Source: Marsupella aquatica
Taxonomy: Eukaryota > Plantae > Marchantiophyta
DNA length: 64,000 bases
Assembly: GCA_973895155.1 (NCBI GenBank)
Contig: OZ316897.1
Coordinates: forward strand, 19,657,224 to 19,721,223
Direction: 5' to 3'
How positions within the stretch are numbered: the first letter of the stretch is position 1; every line of letters starts with the position of its first letter. A program made the translations under genes and the position numbers. Positions 12,588 to 25,258 of the stretch are shown piece by piece. The notes under the pieces were generated by a model. It made no database searches. It was given only the letters and a program-made list of their open reading frames with translations, and was not told the DNA's origin.

Positions 12588-15500
12588 TTACTCAAAAATC
12601 CCTTCCATGTAGGTTTTGAGTGTTTTCAAAACATTCTTGGGAATGGTCAAACCTCTATCAATTATATTTTCTTCTCTAGAGCGTGACTTGAATCCATACA
12701 TAGCAAAATTAGCAAATTGCCAACGTTCAGTGGCACTATCAAACCCAGGATCCACCTCCCAAGTCTTAGTGGTCTGAAAGCAATGTGAATATCGCACATG
12801 ATCCGGTGCATCATCCTTACCATGTTTAGGCCTCCACCATTGCACTTGGAACATAGGAGCATACCATGTACTAGTAGGAGAATTCTCATTGCATTGCAAG
12901 TCTCCTGAAGGAACTTCATGGTTGGGTCCACAACACCCAAAGCTCTCACCAACCAGAAACGTTCTTTCCCATTCTTCTTTTCCCATTCATCCTCTAGACG
13001 GAGAAATACAAAGTGACCCTCTTGAATGTCCTGCAGAGGAATCCAACGTGCAAGTTCTCGCTCGTGTCGAGCACCAACAAATGTTGCAACTTGATCCTCC
13101 ATCTCTTCCAGGTACTCATTCTGAAGCTCCACCATTTGTGGATTCTGTGTACTACTACTAGGCTCCCCCAATGGTTCAGAGGTTCCTGTACTATTAACCT
13201 TGTAACCAGTTCCGTGGTTGGTTTTTGGCCAGAATTCATATGTCAATGCTAACTATATTTCTGCCTCCCCTTCAATTGTAAGCTCCCCAGATAATACTTG
13301 CACCACCATCTCCCAATATTTCACCAAAGGAAATCGCTCACGATATGCTATAGAGGTCTCATCCTTACGTACAACTCTTCTTCAAAAACTCAATGTAACG
13401 ATTAAGGAATGGGATGATTTCTTCAACCTTGCCTCGTACATCCCCGGAGATGGGTTTTGCAAATGGTTGACCTTCTGGTAAAATGAGAGCATTGGTGCTG
13501 GAATCAGTTCTCCAAATGGACCTTCCGGTTGGAGGGTACCAAGGTTGTTTCACATGTGCTTTGTATTGATATATTGGAACATTATCTCTCATAGAGAAAA
13601 GAAATGTCACTGGTTTTGAGTGACCCTCTATGTCTTTTACCTTGAAAGTTTTTAAAAACTCTTTGTAAGCTGCAACCTCTTGGATCAACCGTGGGACAGG
13701 ATGAATGCTTTCACACTCCCAAACCTCAGCCATCAACCCCAAGAGGGTAGAAACCTCCTTGTACTTCACTTGGTTGGATACTTTTGAAAACAATGCATCG
13801 ACATCCTCATGGGTGTGACCAACCATGAGAAACGACATCTGCACTGTTTCAAAAACCCCTCTACTAACAAGCTCACTGCAAAATGCCATCACGTACTGGT
13901 TTTTGTTATCTTTCCCTGAATTATCCATTTGCAAGGTCAGGTGCCTTGGCAATGGTTTGAAAGAGGTAGACGTAGCCTTGGGATCAACACCAAAGTCATC
14001 TTGGTCATCTTCAGCTCCTTGAAATCTAGCAATTGAGACTTTTTTGGGTTCTAAGTAACCTGCGAGAAATGCTTCAAAGTCCAAAAGAGATTGAAAAATT
14101 GGCCTCGTTGCAGCCCAATATAATCCTTCAAGGAGGTCTCCAGATTTGTCCCCCTTGTAATCCTCCAGATCTCTAAGGCACTTTGCCAATGATGTCACTT
14201 GTGAAGTCTGCATCTCCCGGCCAAAGCCCAGTGAAACTGAAGTGAGCATACACTTCGAGATCCCTTCCATGGGTCAACATCCCAATGAGCGCAATGGGGA
14301 GCGGTTGACCACTACCAGACAATGATTTAGGAGTGGGGACCAACCTAGGGATCCATGTCTTGGCCTGGTCCATCTTGTCATGTATAATGCAAAGATAGTT
14401 CTCAGGATCCTTCTTCGCAAGAACCCTATGAGCATAGTAAACATATCTCCTAGACATTTGCTCACGAAGATGGCGAGCTCTTCTTTCCTCAATCTCTAAA
14501 CGCTCTTTCTTTCTCTTCTCCCGCATCAACTGATCTTTGAACTCAGTGCAAAGTGTACACTTTGCAAATGCACTTCCCTTGTGAAAGTCAAAATTCATGA
14601 AGGACTCACTCCAGAGTTTATACATAGTGTTTTCACTCACCTTCACGTAGCCATCTAATTCCATTTTTGAGTATACCTCCTCAAAAATCTCTTTCTTCGT
14701 GAAACAAGATGGAAGTCTGTACTCAACCGTGTCAGTCCCGTGAGACCCTCCATAGGGAAGATGCGGCATGGGTTCTCCGTTTTGGGTTAGAATGGACTCC
14801 AACAAAGCATGAGCATGCAAGGTGCTTCCCCGTGTCTTGTGTGAACCCTTGTTTCCGTGGAATCCAACCGTGCAACCTACTTCATATTGATTTTTGTAAT
14901 CATAATACTTGGCAGTGCTGAATCCATGCATTTTAATAAATGCACCCTTGCAAACAAGTCTACTTCTTACAACAAAATATCCTTTTGTCTCCACTTCCTT
15001 CTCCCTATAGCCAAAAAGAGTAAGAATGTGACTGGTTTTGTTGTCGCTTGACATCCCATGGTATTCCCTCCTTATCGCTTGTAGGTCTTCTCTCGGCATG
15101 CTGAGGCAACACTTCAACTTACAACAACCTTCTCTTTGGATGGAGTCAATTTCCTCCTCTATGATTTTCAGTATGCCCCGAGACTCCAAGTGCTTCTTCC
15201 TTTTTTCATCTGGGTTGACCTTCGTTCTCTTGATGAAATTATACGAGCGCTTCGAAAACTCAGTGTCACCTTTCATATCTACCTCTAGATGATCTCGACC
15301 ATCAATAATTGGTTTCGGAGAAACCTCTTCAATGAGATCCAGAAGAAAAATACCCCTTGATATCAGCAGAAGTGAACGGACGGCCCACCTAACAAGACCA
15401 GGCACTCCTGGGGAGATATTTGGGAAAAATAGAGGGTCAATCATGCGTGTGACAACAACCCCAACGTGATCTGGTCCAAGAACATCATCATCAATTGCAC

Positions 15501-16182
15501 CTGACTCGAAAGGAACTGTGATGATGCCAACCCCCACTTTGGTCCGATTATCCTCAACATACAAAATTTTCCACCTCCTTGGTCATCCAATTAGAACGCA
15601 AACTATAATCGTTGAAATTATAATTTGAAAAAACATCCCGTGTGGACAGGTCGTTTAGCATATCCTGGGAAGAACTCCTCCGAGTAACATCCTTTAAATT
15701 CTAGAATACAAAAGTGTCCAATGCTTCCTGAACGGTATCGGCTCCATTGTGAGGAAAGGGTAACCTCTCCCTTCCTTGAAAAACTTCACATATTTTCACA
15801 CTAATCCTAGAAGTGCCAAGTCTTTCATTGTGACAGGTCTCATCGGGATTCGTCTTGAACACAAATCCACGAGCCACAATCTGATTGCCGATCCAGAGCT
15901 CGACTTCATCACCAGATATAATCGAGTCTCCAAAACTTCCCACCGAAGATTTGTCTGGTACAAAACCGGGAACCGTATCCTTTGTAGAACAAGAGACATC
16001 CATTTGTGTTGTCGCTGGAGTTGACTGTGACTTCAAATATGCAAAAGAGGCATCCGCAGGAGTCGACAGCATCAAACAGGGTCCTGATTGGCGGCAAAGG
16101 GTAAGGAATTTCTCGTGATCCCTCATAGCACTTCTCAATGAGAACTCCTATACGATTACTTCCCAAATCAACATTACGCACT
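12588..16182 (-). pseudogene. Sola-like DDD transposase with N-terminal Tnp1/En-Spm-like repeats (copy A)
   Basis: IIHDKMDQAK, LQMDNSGKDNKN, FLMVGHTHEDVDALFS, GCCKLKCC, AKCTLC; several frameshifts; collinear with 27297-30981. Confidence 0.8.
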
Positions 16183-16394
16183 GAGAATCCCAAATGGGAT
16201 ACGCCGTATCTGGACCGCCATTAGACTCACAAGAGAAAATGTTGTTTTCCCAGGAAAGCTAAAGCTTGAGTCGGTGTCCGTCACTGAACGGCAGCAAGAG
16301 CTTCAGTGCGTGTTTAGTCAAACTACGCCTGCGAAACAATCAGCAATCCATAAGACTTTTCCCATCATTCCAAGAAAACTCTAGGTAGATACCA

Positions 16395-16870
16395 CATGGG
16401 ATACCCCGTACCCCACTTCGCATCCAATCTCTTTTTTTAGCTAAAGAGAAATCAAAACTGGACATTTGAAGGGTGAATCCCAAACGGGATACGCCGTATC
16501 CCATTTCGCATTCAACGTTGAGGTTTTGACATTTGGAGTCTAAGATGCTTCATATTTGGAGGTTGGATGTGACATGGGATACCCTGTATCCCACTTCGCA
16601 TCCAACCTCTTTTTTTAGCTAAAGAGAAATCAAAACTGGACATTTGAAGGGTGAATCCCAAACGGGATACGCCGTATCCCATGTCGCATTCAACGTTGAG
16701 GTTTTGACATTTGGAGTCTAAGATACTTCATATTCGGAGGTTGGATGCGATATGGGATACCCCGTATCCTACTTCGCATCCAACCTTCTTTTTTAGCTAA
16801 AGTGAAACAAAAACTGGACATTTGAAGGTTGAATCCAGTTCAAACTGGACATTTGAAGGTTGAATCCTTG
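16395..16870. repeat. 178-bp tandem repeat (~2.5 copies), each unit with two GGGATAC-N3-GTATCCC palindromes
   Basis: CTAAAG anchor at 16441, 16619 and 16797; isolated palindrome copies also at ~16195 and ~17184. Confidence 0.85.
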
Positions 16871-17379
16871 AATCCATGAAGATTCTCACTTGTTAGTCAA
16901 ATCTGATTTTTGGGGAATACAAGTTTGTATAGACGGTGTGCATTCGTCGAGAGTAAGAGGATACAGAGCGAGAAAAAATGAGTGGAAAATTCTCAAGCGG
17001 TGATCTCCTATTTATAGTTTTCTCTCTGACCGTGGTTAGTATTTGACTGCAGTTGCATCGCAGTCGGTTAAATGTTACCGTTGAGAAGAATTATTTGGGA
17101 ATATTCTTGACGGGTAAACCAATATCGGCACTTTTACTGCGTTTGTTTTAATTTTTTTTGGAATTCCGCGGTTGGATCCAAAATGGGATATGCCGTATCC
17201 CATCTTCGTATTCGTGTCGATTTTTCCCATTTTTTAAATTTGAAAAACTAGTTTTTAGGGGGAATACTAATTCTGTATCCAAGACTTTTTTGCTTTAGAA
17301 ATTTTTTTTGCCGCGGGCAAAATGAGAAGTGTGGTCACACTTCTCGTTTGGTCCGTCACTGTGTTGCCATTGATATCAT

Positions 17380-17765
17380 TCCTTCTAATAGGTTGTATAT
17401 CATCCTAGTTAACTTTGTCTAGACAGTATAGTCATTCTAAGGCAAATTTTCTTACTTAGTTAGATATCTTACCCAAGCTAAATGTCTTAAATATAGATGC
17501 TATCCAAGCTTATATGTTATTACTAGATTCTATCTATTTTCCAACCAAATGAACACTTTTGTCACCCAAATGTTTTTTAATATCATCCAATTTAATATTT
17601 AATTTTCCCAAAATTTCATTTTTTGTCTCCAAATTTACATTTAATGATACTTGAATTTTCATTTTTCATCTTCCAAATTTACAATTTTCATGCCTAAAAC
17701 TATGTTTTTGAATCTCCAAATTTCCCTATATCCTTTATAATTTCAGTTTTAATGAATATAGTGAT
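17380..17765 (+). mobile_element. Isolated 3'-terminal fragment of the Sola-like family (copy C)
   Basis: Collinear with 35175-35557 and ends in the same TIR (TTTTAATGAATATAGTGAT at 17765). Confidence 0.75.
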
Positions 17766-18357
17766 TGGAGAAATCATTTGGTTAAATTTCAGAAAGTAGG
17801 ATGTTTGGATCTCAATTGTAATTATTTTGTGATAGACCTCCGGGTAGACCAACTATTAGCCTAAGTAAGTCATAATTTGAACCTCCGAGTTGATTCTGAA
17901 GTATCACAATATTCATTAAAACTGGAAATTTAAAAGTCCAAATTATGATCCTCAAATTTACATTCTTGTCTCTAAAAAGTCCATTAATTTTGCTCCAAAT
18001 AAACAAGTTTTCAAGACTAAATATACACTCTTTTTGGTTTAAAATTACACTTTTGCACTCCAAATTTGATTTTAATCAATTAATCATAATACAAAAAATA
18101 TTAATATTAATTGTATTTGAAATTAAATAGATAAGTGACAAACATGTATCATTTGGTCAAAAACTCATGATTAAATTCAAAGTGAGATTAATCATCTCAT
18201 TTATCATAACATATATTCAAGGTTGGCTAGCCATAATGTCGATCCTACTCCAATGGTCAAGCTAGTGTAAAGTCCAAAGTAGTTCTATGACCTGTGAAAT
18301 AGAAAAATGATTGCATGACTCCAATCTTGTGTCCTACAATATACAGAAACATAATGA

Positions 18358-19433
18358 TTAATCATCTAAAATTTCAAATTCTATGTCTCCATGAATATGT
18401 CTACATGACTGATTTGAACAAGTGAGTCGCTCTCCATTTGGGTCATATAGTCTGTCACGAGTGCAAGTGTCTTTGGGATAACGGTTTTTAAACTTAGAGG
18501 TGAGATCCCTAGTCTTTAGAACTTCCCAGACAAATCGGCGAGGATTTTCTCTGAAGGGACCTGCATAAGACTCGCCCAAACAGTTGTTGACCACATCTTT
18601 CATATCATCTTCGGTCAGGTTCTCAAATGTAGGGTAAGATTGTACCATATCCCTCACTTCCCAACATATCTCATCTCCAGTGACATCCAAGATGGTATAC
18701 TCAATCTTGGAACGCCAAATCTTATTTCCCCACTTATGGGAAAGTAAAGCATAGATTGCAGCATTACTTTCACGGTCATCATTTATATTAACAAATGACC
18801 AAAGTGGATTGTTGACAGATATATATTGTCGGATGTCATAAGCCTTCCACAATTTTCTAAGGAATGGCCAAAGTATCTCTGGTAGAAAATTGTCACTCTC
18901 GGCAATGTGTGATCTGAAGGGAGTTGGGAACAAACCACTATACTGTGGATTTGCAAAAGCCTTCACTGGAGAGTCATCAATAAGTAGAGTGTTTGTATCA
19001 TCATACTTGTCTCCAAAATGACTCCACACCACACGCAAATCCTTCAACATAATATTTGCTTTCCCATCTGCTACGTCCGGTCTTTGTATGCCAGTATCAA
19101 AAGCATCTTCTTGTGTGAAAACAAATTTAAATTGCCTCCGCTCCTCTTCTTTGAAAATCAAATTCATCATTTCATTAGTTCTTGGCCTCCCCGCACAAGT
19201 CCACAATGCAACATCAAAACCTTTGAAAGCCACCTCCAAAAATTGGTGCAACCCTGGCCTTTCCACGTACATGAAATTGAATCCACCCCGTCTCCCCCAA
19301 TGCACACCCCGCACAGTTGTTGTAGATCTTAACGGTCCCGAGCTTTTTGTTTTCACACAATCCCAACAAATTTTGTTCAGGTCCAAAATCAAGAGTTTTC
19401 TTCTTATATCAGAGTGCAATTTAGGAGTGAAAT
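18358..19433 (-). CDS. FCP1/NIF-family HAD phosphatase-like domain with C-terminal CCCH-like finger; probably the last exon of the cargo gene
   Basis: KLLILDLNK, ERPGLHQFL, FDVALWT, MLKDL..VW, NTLLIDDSPVKAFANP; C-x14-C-x4-C-x3-H near the C-terminus. No ATG of its own; TTTGCAG acceptor ends at 19434. Confidence 0.8.
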
Positions 19434-19581
19434 CTGCAAAGATCCAAATGAATCAAAATTATATCTAAAAGATATAAAAGAAGAACTTAGGGTCGAACCT
19501 GGATCCGACCCGACCTAATGGGGAAAACAAACATTTTATTTTTGAATGTCAAAGCATTTTGATATATCAATGTAGAAGTAC

Positions 19582-22500
19582 CTTGCTCAAATGCTTTGTC
19601 TTGGACCAGGGTACCGCTTGCTGAAGGTAGACCAATAATATCCTTCGATGGAAGAGATGCTATGACAAAACTTTGGTCTGTCCATATATGATTTCCAAAC
19701 ATAATATTTTAGATTATTGTGAAAAATAGAAGAACGAAACCATAATATTAACCTCCACTACTAAATGACCCATATTCATCTATCATTTTATCACCTAGAT
19801 CACTTTGGATATCAGAATTGACGCCAACAGGAAGCTGCTCCACCAACGTTGGCGGCGCAAACACTGGACTCAATCTCAATTTGTCTATTATGTAATCAGG
19901 TTTGACCATTAACTTAGGCGCACCAAGTGGAAGGTTGTCTTCAATTGCTTGTGCAATACCAACTTGTAGGTCCGTGGTGGGTGTAGTGGCCCCAATATTC
20001 TGCCAACCTGCATCCAATGTGCACGATACCTGCGGTCTCTCGGGATGCAATTTTGATACTTCAGGGTTGAGAGGATTTGCTGGAGGGTCACCCTCAGGGC
20101 GACCCGACATCACTATGTTGAGTTGAGGTAGCCCTTCAACACCGTAGGTAGTAATGCCAACCATTTCTGTTGCTCGAGCATCCCAATTTCCGCCAAAATC
20201 CTCCTCTACCATAGGACTTGAACCTCCATCATCATGCTGCAACTCACCATCCTCAAGGTCAACTCGCTGAGGGCCCGGTTGGGGGTTGTCCATAGGCCCG
20301 CAAAGAACACTTAGATGAGCTCTACTAGGACCATGTACTCCCATCCGCTCTTTCATAAGGGAGGGAATCCTGTTGCACAAAACCCTTGCATATGCTTGGG
20401 TGAAATGGTGTTCTTGCAAAGTGTCTGAATAGACAAAACAATCTTGGTATGCCAACAAGGCCACCTTCAAAACCTGCCCTCCTGAAAAAAAATCGAGGAC
20501 AGTCTCCCCCTCACCGGAAAAACATTCAATAATATTTTTGAGCATGTGTCGGGGCTTGGCATGCGGATTGACAAATCCTCCTCGACTTCCGACCATCTCA
20601 AATATTGGAGCTTGCCGCAATAAATCTGCCATATCAAATGCGAGAGACTGCTCCTCTGTCTCATTCTCTTTTCCCTTGCTTTTCTCTTGCTTGTCAGCCT
20701 TCACTTCAATATTGAAATCACAGTCAACATCGAGGTGAAAACTAAATTTTGAATTGAACTCTGGCTTAAACAATTGATTCCAATCAAAATTGTCTTCACC
20801 TGTAATTCCAGCAAAAATGACACATTGGCATCGCCTCTTCCAATAACTCTGGCGTGGTTGTCTTCATTAGATTCTCACTGAAGAACGTCAAGACAGGCTC
20901 TGTTCGTGTGCGCCCAACTCCACCAAATTGTTTGCAGTACAACCCGTCTAATCTCACCATTAGACTTTGAGGGAAAGCCTCCTTCACAATGTTCTTCCTT
21001 AATAAACTGCTAAGGTAGACCTCCCCAGCTGCTCTTCGCAATTTTGTCAACTCAAGTTGAGATCCCAAGGCCGGCATGATGTTGACCACCGAAGCCCACG
21101 ATGTCCCCCCGGGAAACTTCTCCTTGTGCTTCTCAACAAAGTACTCAACAATGACTTGCTTCAATTTAGTCATTACCTTGATGGTATGAGCCATATCTGG
21201 CATTGACACCAGATCCATCTTGTTGGAGGCATCTTTCTTGAGAAGTGCTTTCTTCTCATAAACCGCGGTCAATATATCAATGATATCCTTAGAACTGATC
21301 TCCCCTTCAAAACATCTAAAAAGAGTTGGCATGACCAACTTTAGTGGCCGCGGCCCACCATACTCTCCTGCCCCGCCAGGGAGCTTCCCTGCCAACCAAT
21401 CCCAACAAACAGTTTGCCATAAATGGAAAAGCTTATCCTCAACAAAGAGCAACCAAAAAATGGCTTTCAGGCTCGACTTTCCCATTGTTATCTTTGCGAG
21501 GGCAACCAATCCTGCATTTACATTCATCCACCAAAAAACATGTTAGATATTTAAACTTAGAAACTTCAACTAGCTTCTCTGCCTCGCCCCTAGAGCGAGG
21601 CAAAGAAAATGACAAAGCCATATGAAAATGGTTGGGGCAATCATTGTATTCATAGTTCAATTCCGTTTGGATCGCTCCAAGAGCGAGGCAAAATTAAACT
21701 ACAGTTCCAACTAATGAAAATGTTTACCTGGTATTTCTGGTTGTCTATACTTTGGTTTGTTCCAATTCCTGGACGCGGTGGTTTCCCACATTCATCAAAT
21801 TGCCTTCTCGCATGAACAACTGTCTCTAGAAAACAAGACTTAAACTGCATGGTCTGATTTACTGCATTTGAAAGGCTCAAGTGCTCAACCAAAATTGCCC
21901 TTGGAGTGAGGTCTGATAAGATCCTCGCTTTCCAATATTGGAGTTTGCTAGCAAGATCAGTTAGCTTGGCATCCTTGTCTGCCCACCCTTGAATCCATTG
22001 TGCAGCCTTTGCGGAATGTTGCCCACTGATTGCAAGAAATTGTATCTCTTGTTTCTTAACACCAAACAAAAACTGCTTCCGATCGCGTGCGGTATTGTCA
22101 AAATGTAACAACTGCTTAGTGCGCTCTAGAAATGGAATCAAATCTGCAACATGTGGTTCCTGGCCAGGGTTTTTCATCATTGATTTTGCTATCTCTAAGG
22201 CATGAGCCTGGTTGAACATCTGATACACAAAAACTGCAGTAGGCGGAAGAATACTTTTAACCGGGATTTCAAAAACCTCCCTGATTCCAAAAGTGTAGTA
22301 TTGCTCAATGTTCGGCAAAGCTTTCTGCCCCTCCAATACATCTCGTTCCTCTGGTGCATCTGTTGGGCATGTATCATCCTCCGGATCCAAGACCAACCTT
22401 GCTTTTGACGCTGACACGGGCTTTGATTTTCCAATCTTGGCCTTCTTCTTGGGCTTCTTGTCGGAGTCCTTATCTTTCTTCTTCAACGCCGCCTTTTTTT

Positions 22501-23792
22501 CTCTAGTACTTCCTTCACTCCTTGGCTCTCTTTGTTTTCTCTTCTTTTGTGTTTCAGCCGGCGTCATTTCTTTGGCCTTCATCTTCATCTTCCCCTTACC
22601 TCGATGCTTTTCTTCCTTCTTCTTTTGAGTTGAAATCCACTTCATGCAAGCATCTTCGTCAAACTCATCAGAGAAAATAAAACTCTTATCAATTGCTTGC
22701 TCATATGAAAAGCGTGTTGTTTCAATCATCCTCTGGACAACCCATGTGTTAGGAAGATCTATAAGGTCCGGATGATCATGCATGTACCGCTTCACAGAGA
22801 GGAATCCAAAGACATCATCAACCCCACTTAATTTGAATCTTCCATGCCTCTCAAGAACATCCTCTGCAGTGAACCCATCTGGAAGAAATCCCATTGAACA
22901 AATACTAGCCTCCGAGCGTGCTATCCACTCCACGTTGATAATTGACGAGTACATCTTGATTGGCAAGTAAAGTCTCATCCACTGAGATCTTTCTCTGGAT
23001 TCAATAATGATTGTAACATTGCGGTTGTCACTGCAATTTACAAGGACCATAGGGCCCAACGCAACTATCTTCTTGTTGTTCATTGTCTCAGCAGTGATTG
23101 CCTTGATACAAATCATTGACAAGTCATTCTCCATGATCCCTACTTCAAGTGCCCACAAAAATCCTGCCTTATCTTGTCCAGGGAAAATAAAGTCCTTGAC
23201 ATCCTCGGCCATAATATTTAACTCTGGGGATCCAAGTTGTTATCCTGGCAAAACAAATTGAAATGACAAACATTAAAGCAAGAGATCTTCTATGTCGCCT
23301 CGCCCCTAGAGCAAGCTGGAGACAAGGTCTACATCAACAAACATGTGGGTTGGGTCGCTCCTGGAGCGACCCTAAGAAAACTTAAATCAAGGTCCAACCA
23401 ACAACAAATTTGGATCGCTCCTGGAGCAACCCTAGGAAAACTTAAATCAAGGTCCAACCAACAACAAAGTTGGGTCGCTCCTGGAGCGACCCTAGGAAAA
23501 CTTAAATCAAGGTCCAACCAACAACAAAGTTGGGTCGCTCCTGGAGCGACCCATGACAAATCTAAGGCAAGATAGAGCGACCCGTCAAAGACTAACTTGC
23601 ATCAATTGTTGAATCATACTTACGTGGAACTGTGATATGAAATCCCTTTGAGGCGGCCAAAGCAGATTCCACCGACATCTTTAGTAAAGTGTCTTGAGAA
23701 TCATACTCAAAGATTTTACTAGAATCAAAGTTCAAGGACTGCCCAGAACTAGAAGTGCTAGTAGAATCATCAGAACTAGAGGAAGTGGCCAT
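19582..23792 (-). pseudogene. Second, divergent ParB-like + partial amino-methyltransferase gene (multi-exon cargo of the Sola-like element)
   Basis: ParB-like FLAISGQHSAKAA; SAM-binding half HAKPRHMLKNIIECFSGEGETVLDFFSGG; N-terminal region and layout parallel the gene at 2018-5063. No motif IV visible; frameshift near 20830. The 5' exon boundary is tentative. Confidence 0.7.
23347..23552. repeat. 60-bp tandem repeat x3.5 containing the palindrome GGGTCGCTCC-T-GGAGCGACCC (probably intronic)
   Basis: Near-identical units recur at exactly 60-bp spacing. Confidence 0.9.
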
Positions 23793-24939
23793 TGAAAAAT
23801 GCCTCACAAACATTTAGATGACACGTGGCAGCCTAGGATACAAGAACGCCTATAGCTAGACCACACCACGGAGCGAGGCTACAGAGCGAGGAAAAAAATC
23901 TACTCTGAGCAAGGCAAAATCAACAGAGCGAGGCACGAAAATCTACTATGAGCGAGGCAAGAAGGAGGAGGGAAACCAGGGCAGCCGGGCAAGAAGACAA
24001 TGAAGGAGGAGATGGATGCAAGAAGACAATGAGGCAAATGAGGTAATGTCTTTGCCTTTTGCCTTCCTATACCCTCACTGCCACGGCCAATCCTACCTGC
24101 GACCCCCAGCCACGGCCAATCGTACCTTCAATGCCCAGCCATGGCCGATCGTACGCGACCTTACGCAACCCAGCCACTTGCTCCCTTCCACGCGCCTGTG
24201 AACTTGCAACCCTCATAATGACCTAGCTGTACGGGTATCCATAGATTTTGAAAAATGATGCACGGTCGTACGGGTGTCCACAGAATGCCGATCAGAGTAA
24301 TCAGACTTTCAGCCGCTCGATTTTGTGAACCTCTGACAAACTTGGCTAAAGCCTGCTCACAAATGCTATAAAGCTCTACAGTTCCAATCATTTCTCTCTT
24401 TTGTATGGCGCGTGCGTTTCTGGTCATTGCTCACTCTCGGTCTCGCCCTTCGGCCCTTGTCTATCTGACTGATTCTACTGACTTGGACATTTATGGTTAC
24501 AAGAGTTTGTGCAAGGAAAGTCCTGTTTCAAGTACATTGCATTAGTTTTGGTGTCCTTGGTTGGCGACACGTCTTCTACAGTCCTTAAGAGAGGTATTAC
24601 TTCATCTACCATTCTCTTAATTTCTTCTCTATGATATCCACCAAATATTTGGCCCTAGCTTTATCTTAATATATGGACCAAACTAAGCCCTAGATAATGT
24701 AGGGTTCCTAACGACACACTCGTCTTCCCACACGTCTACACACCACAATGGTCTAATTCAGCTTAATCATTCCCATGATTTATTCATTTCCATATTTTCT
24801 CTTTTCCTTCACAATTCTTGCTTCTCCAGGAGTGTGCTCATCTTTTCTTGCTCTCCCCTTGCCTCGCTCCAAGAGCGTCATACACTTACCTTTCATCAGG
24901 AGCATCTTGCCCTTTCTTTTCTCCAAGGGCATCCGCTCT

Positions 24940-25258
24940 CCATTGCCTCACCCTCGGAGCGTCCCTCAACCGCCTTGCCCCTAGAGCGACCCTCCATCGC
25001 CTCGCCCCTAGAGCGACCCTCATTCACCTTGCCCCTAGAGCATCTCTCCATCGCCTTGCCCCTAGAACGACCCTCATTCACCTCGCCCCTAGAGCGACCC
25101 TCATTCACCTCGCCCCTAGAGCGACCCTCATTCACCTCGCCCCTAGAGCGACCCTCATTCACCTCGCCCCTAGAGCGACCCTCATTCACCTCGCCCCTAG
25201 AGCGACCCTCATTCACCTCGCCCCTAGAGCGACCCTCATTCACCTTGCCCCTAGAGCG
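24940..25258. repeat. 27-bp tandem repeat x~11 (CCTCGCCCCTAGAGCGACCCTCATTCA)
   Basis: Directly visible array. Confidence 0.92.

Larger units (their letters stand above)
11706..16182 (-). mobile_element. 5'-truncated Sola-like DNA transposon (copy A)
   Basis: Terminus ATCAGTCTATTCATTAAA at 11706; ~300 bp of subterminal sequence homologous (inverted) to 17480-17765 and 35280-35557; contains the transposase pseudogene. Homology to copy B stops at ~16180. Confidence 0.75.

Noticed and set aside
11706-17765. A single element with long terminal inverted repeats
   Set aside because: Flanks differ (AAAA versus TGGA); both ends are homologous to the 3' end of copy B, so they come from two different copies.
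23347-25258. CRISPR-like appearance of palindromic repeats
   Set aside because: Intervening sequences are identical rather than unique spacers, no cas genes are present, and the context is eukaryotic.
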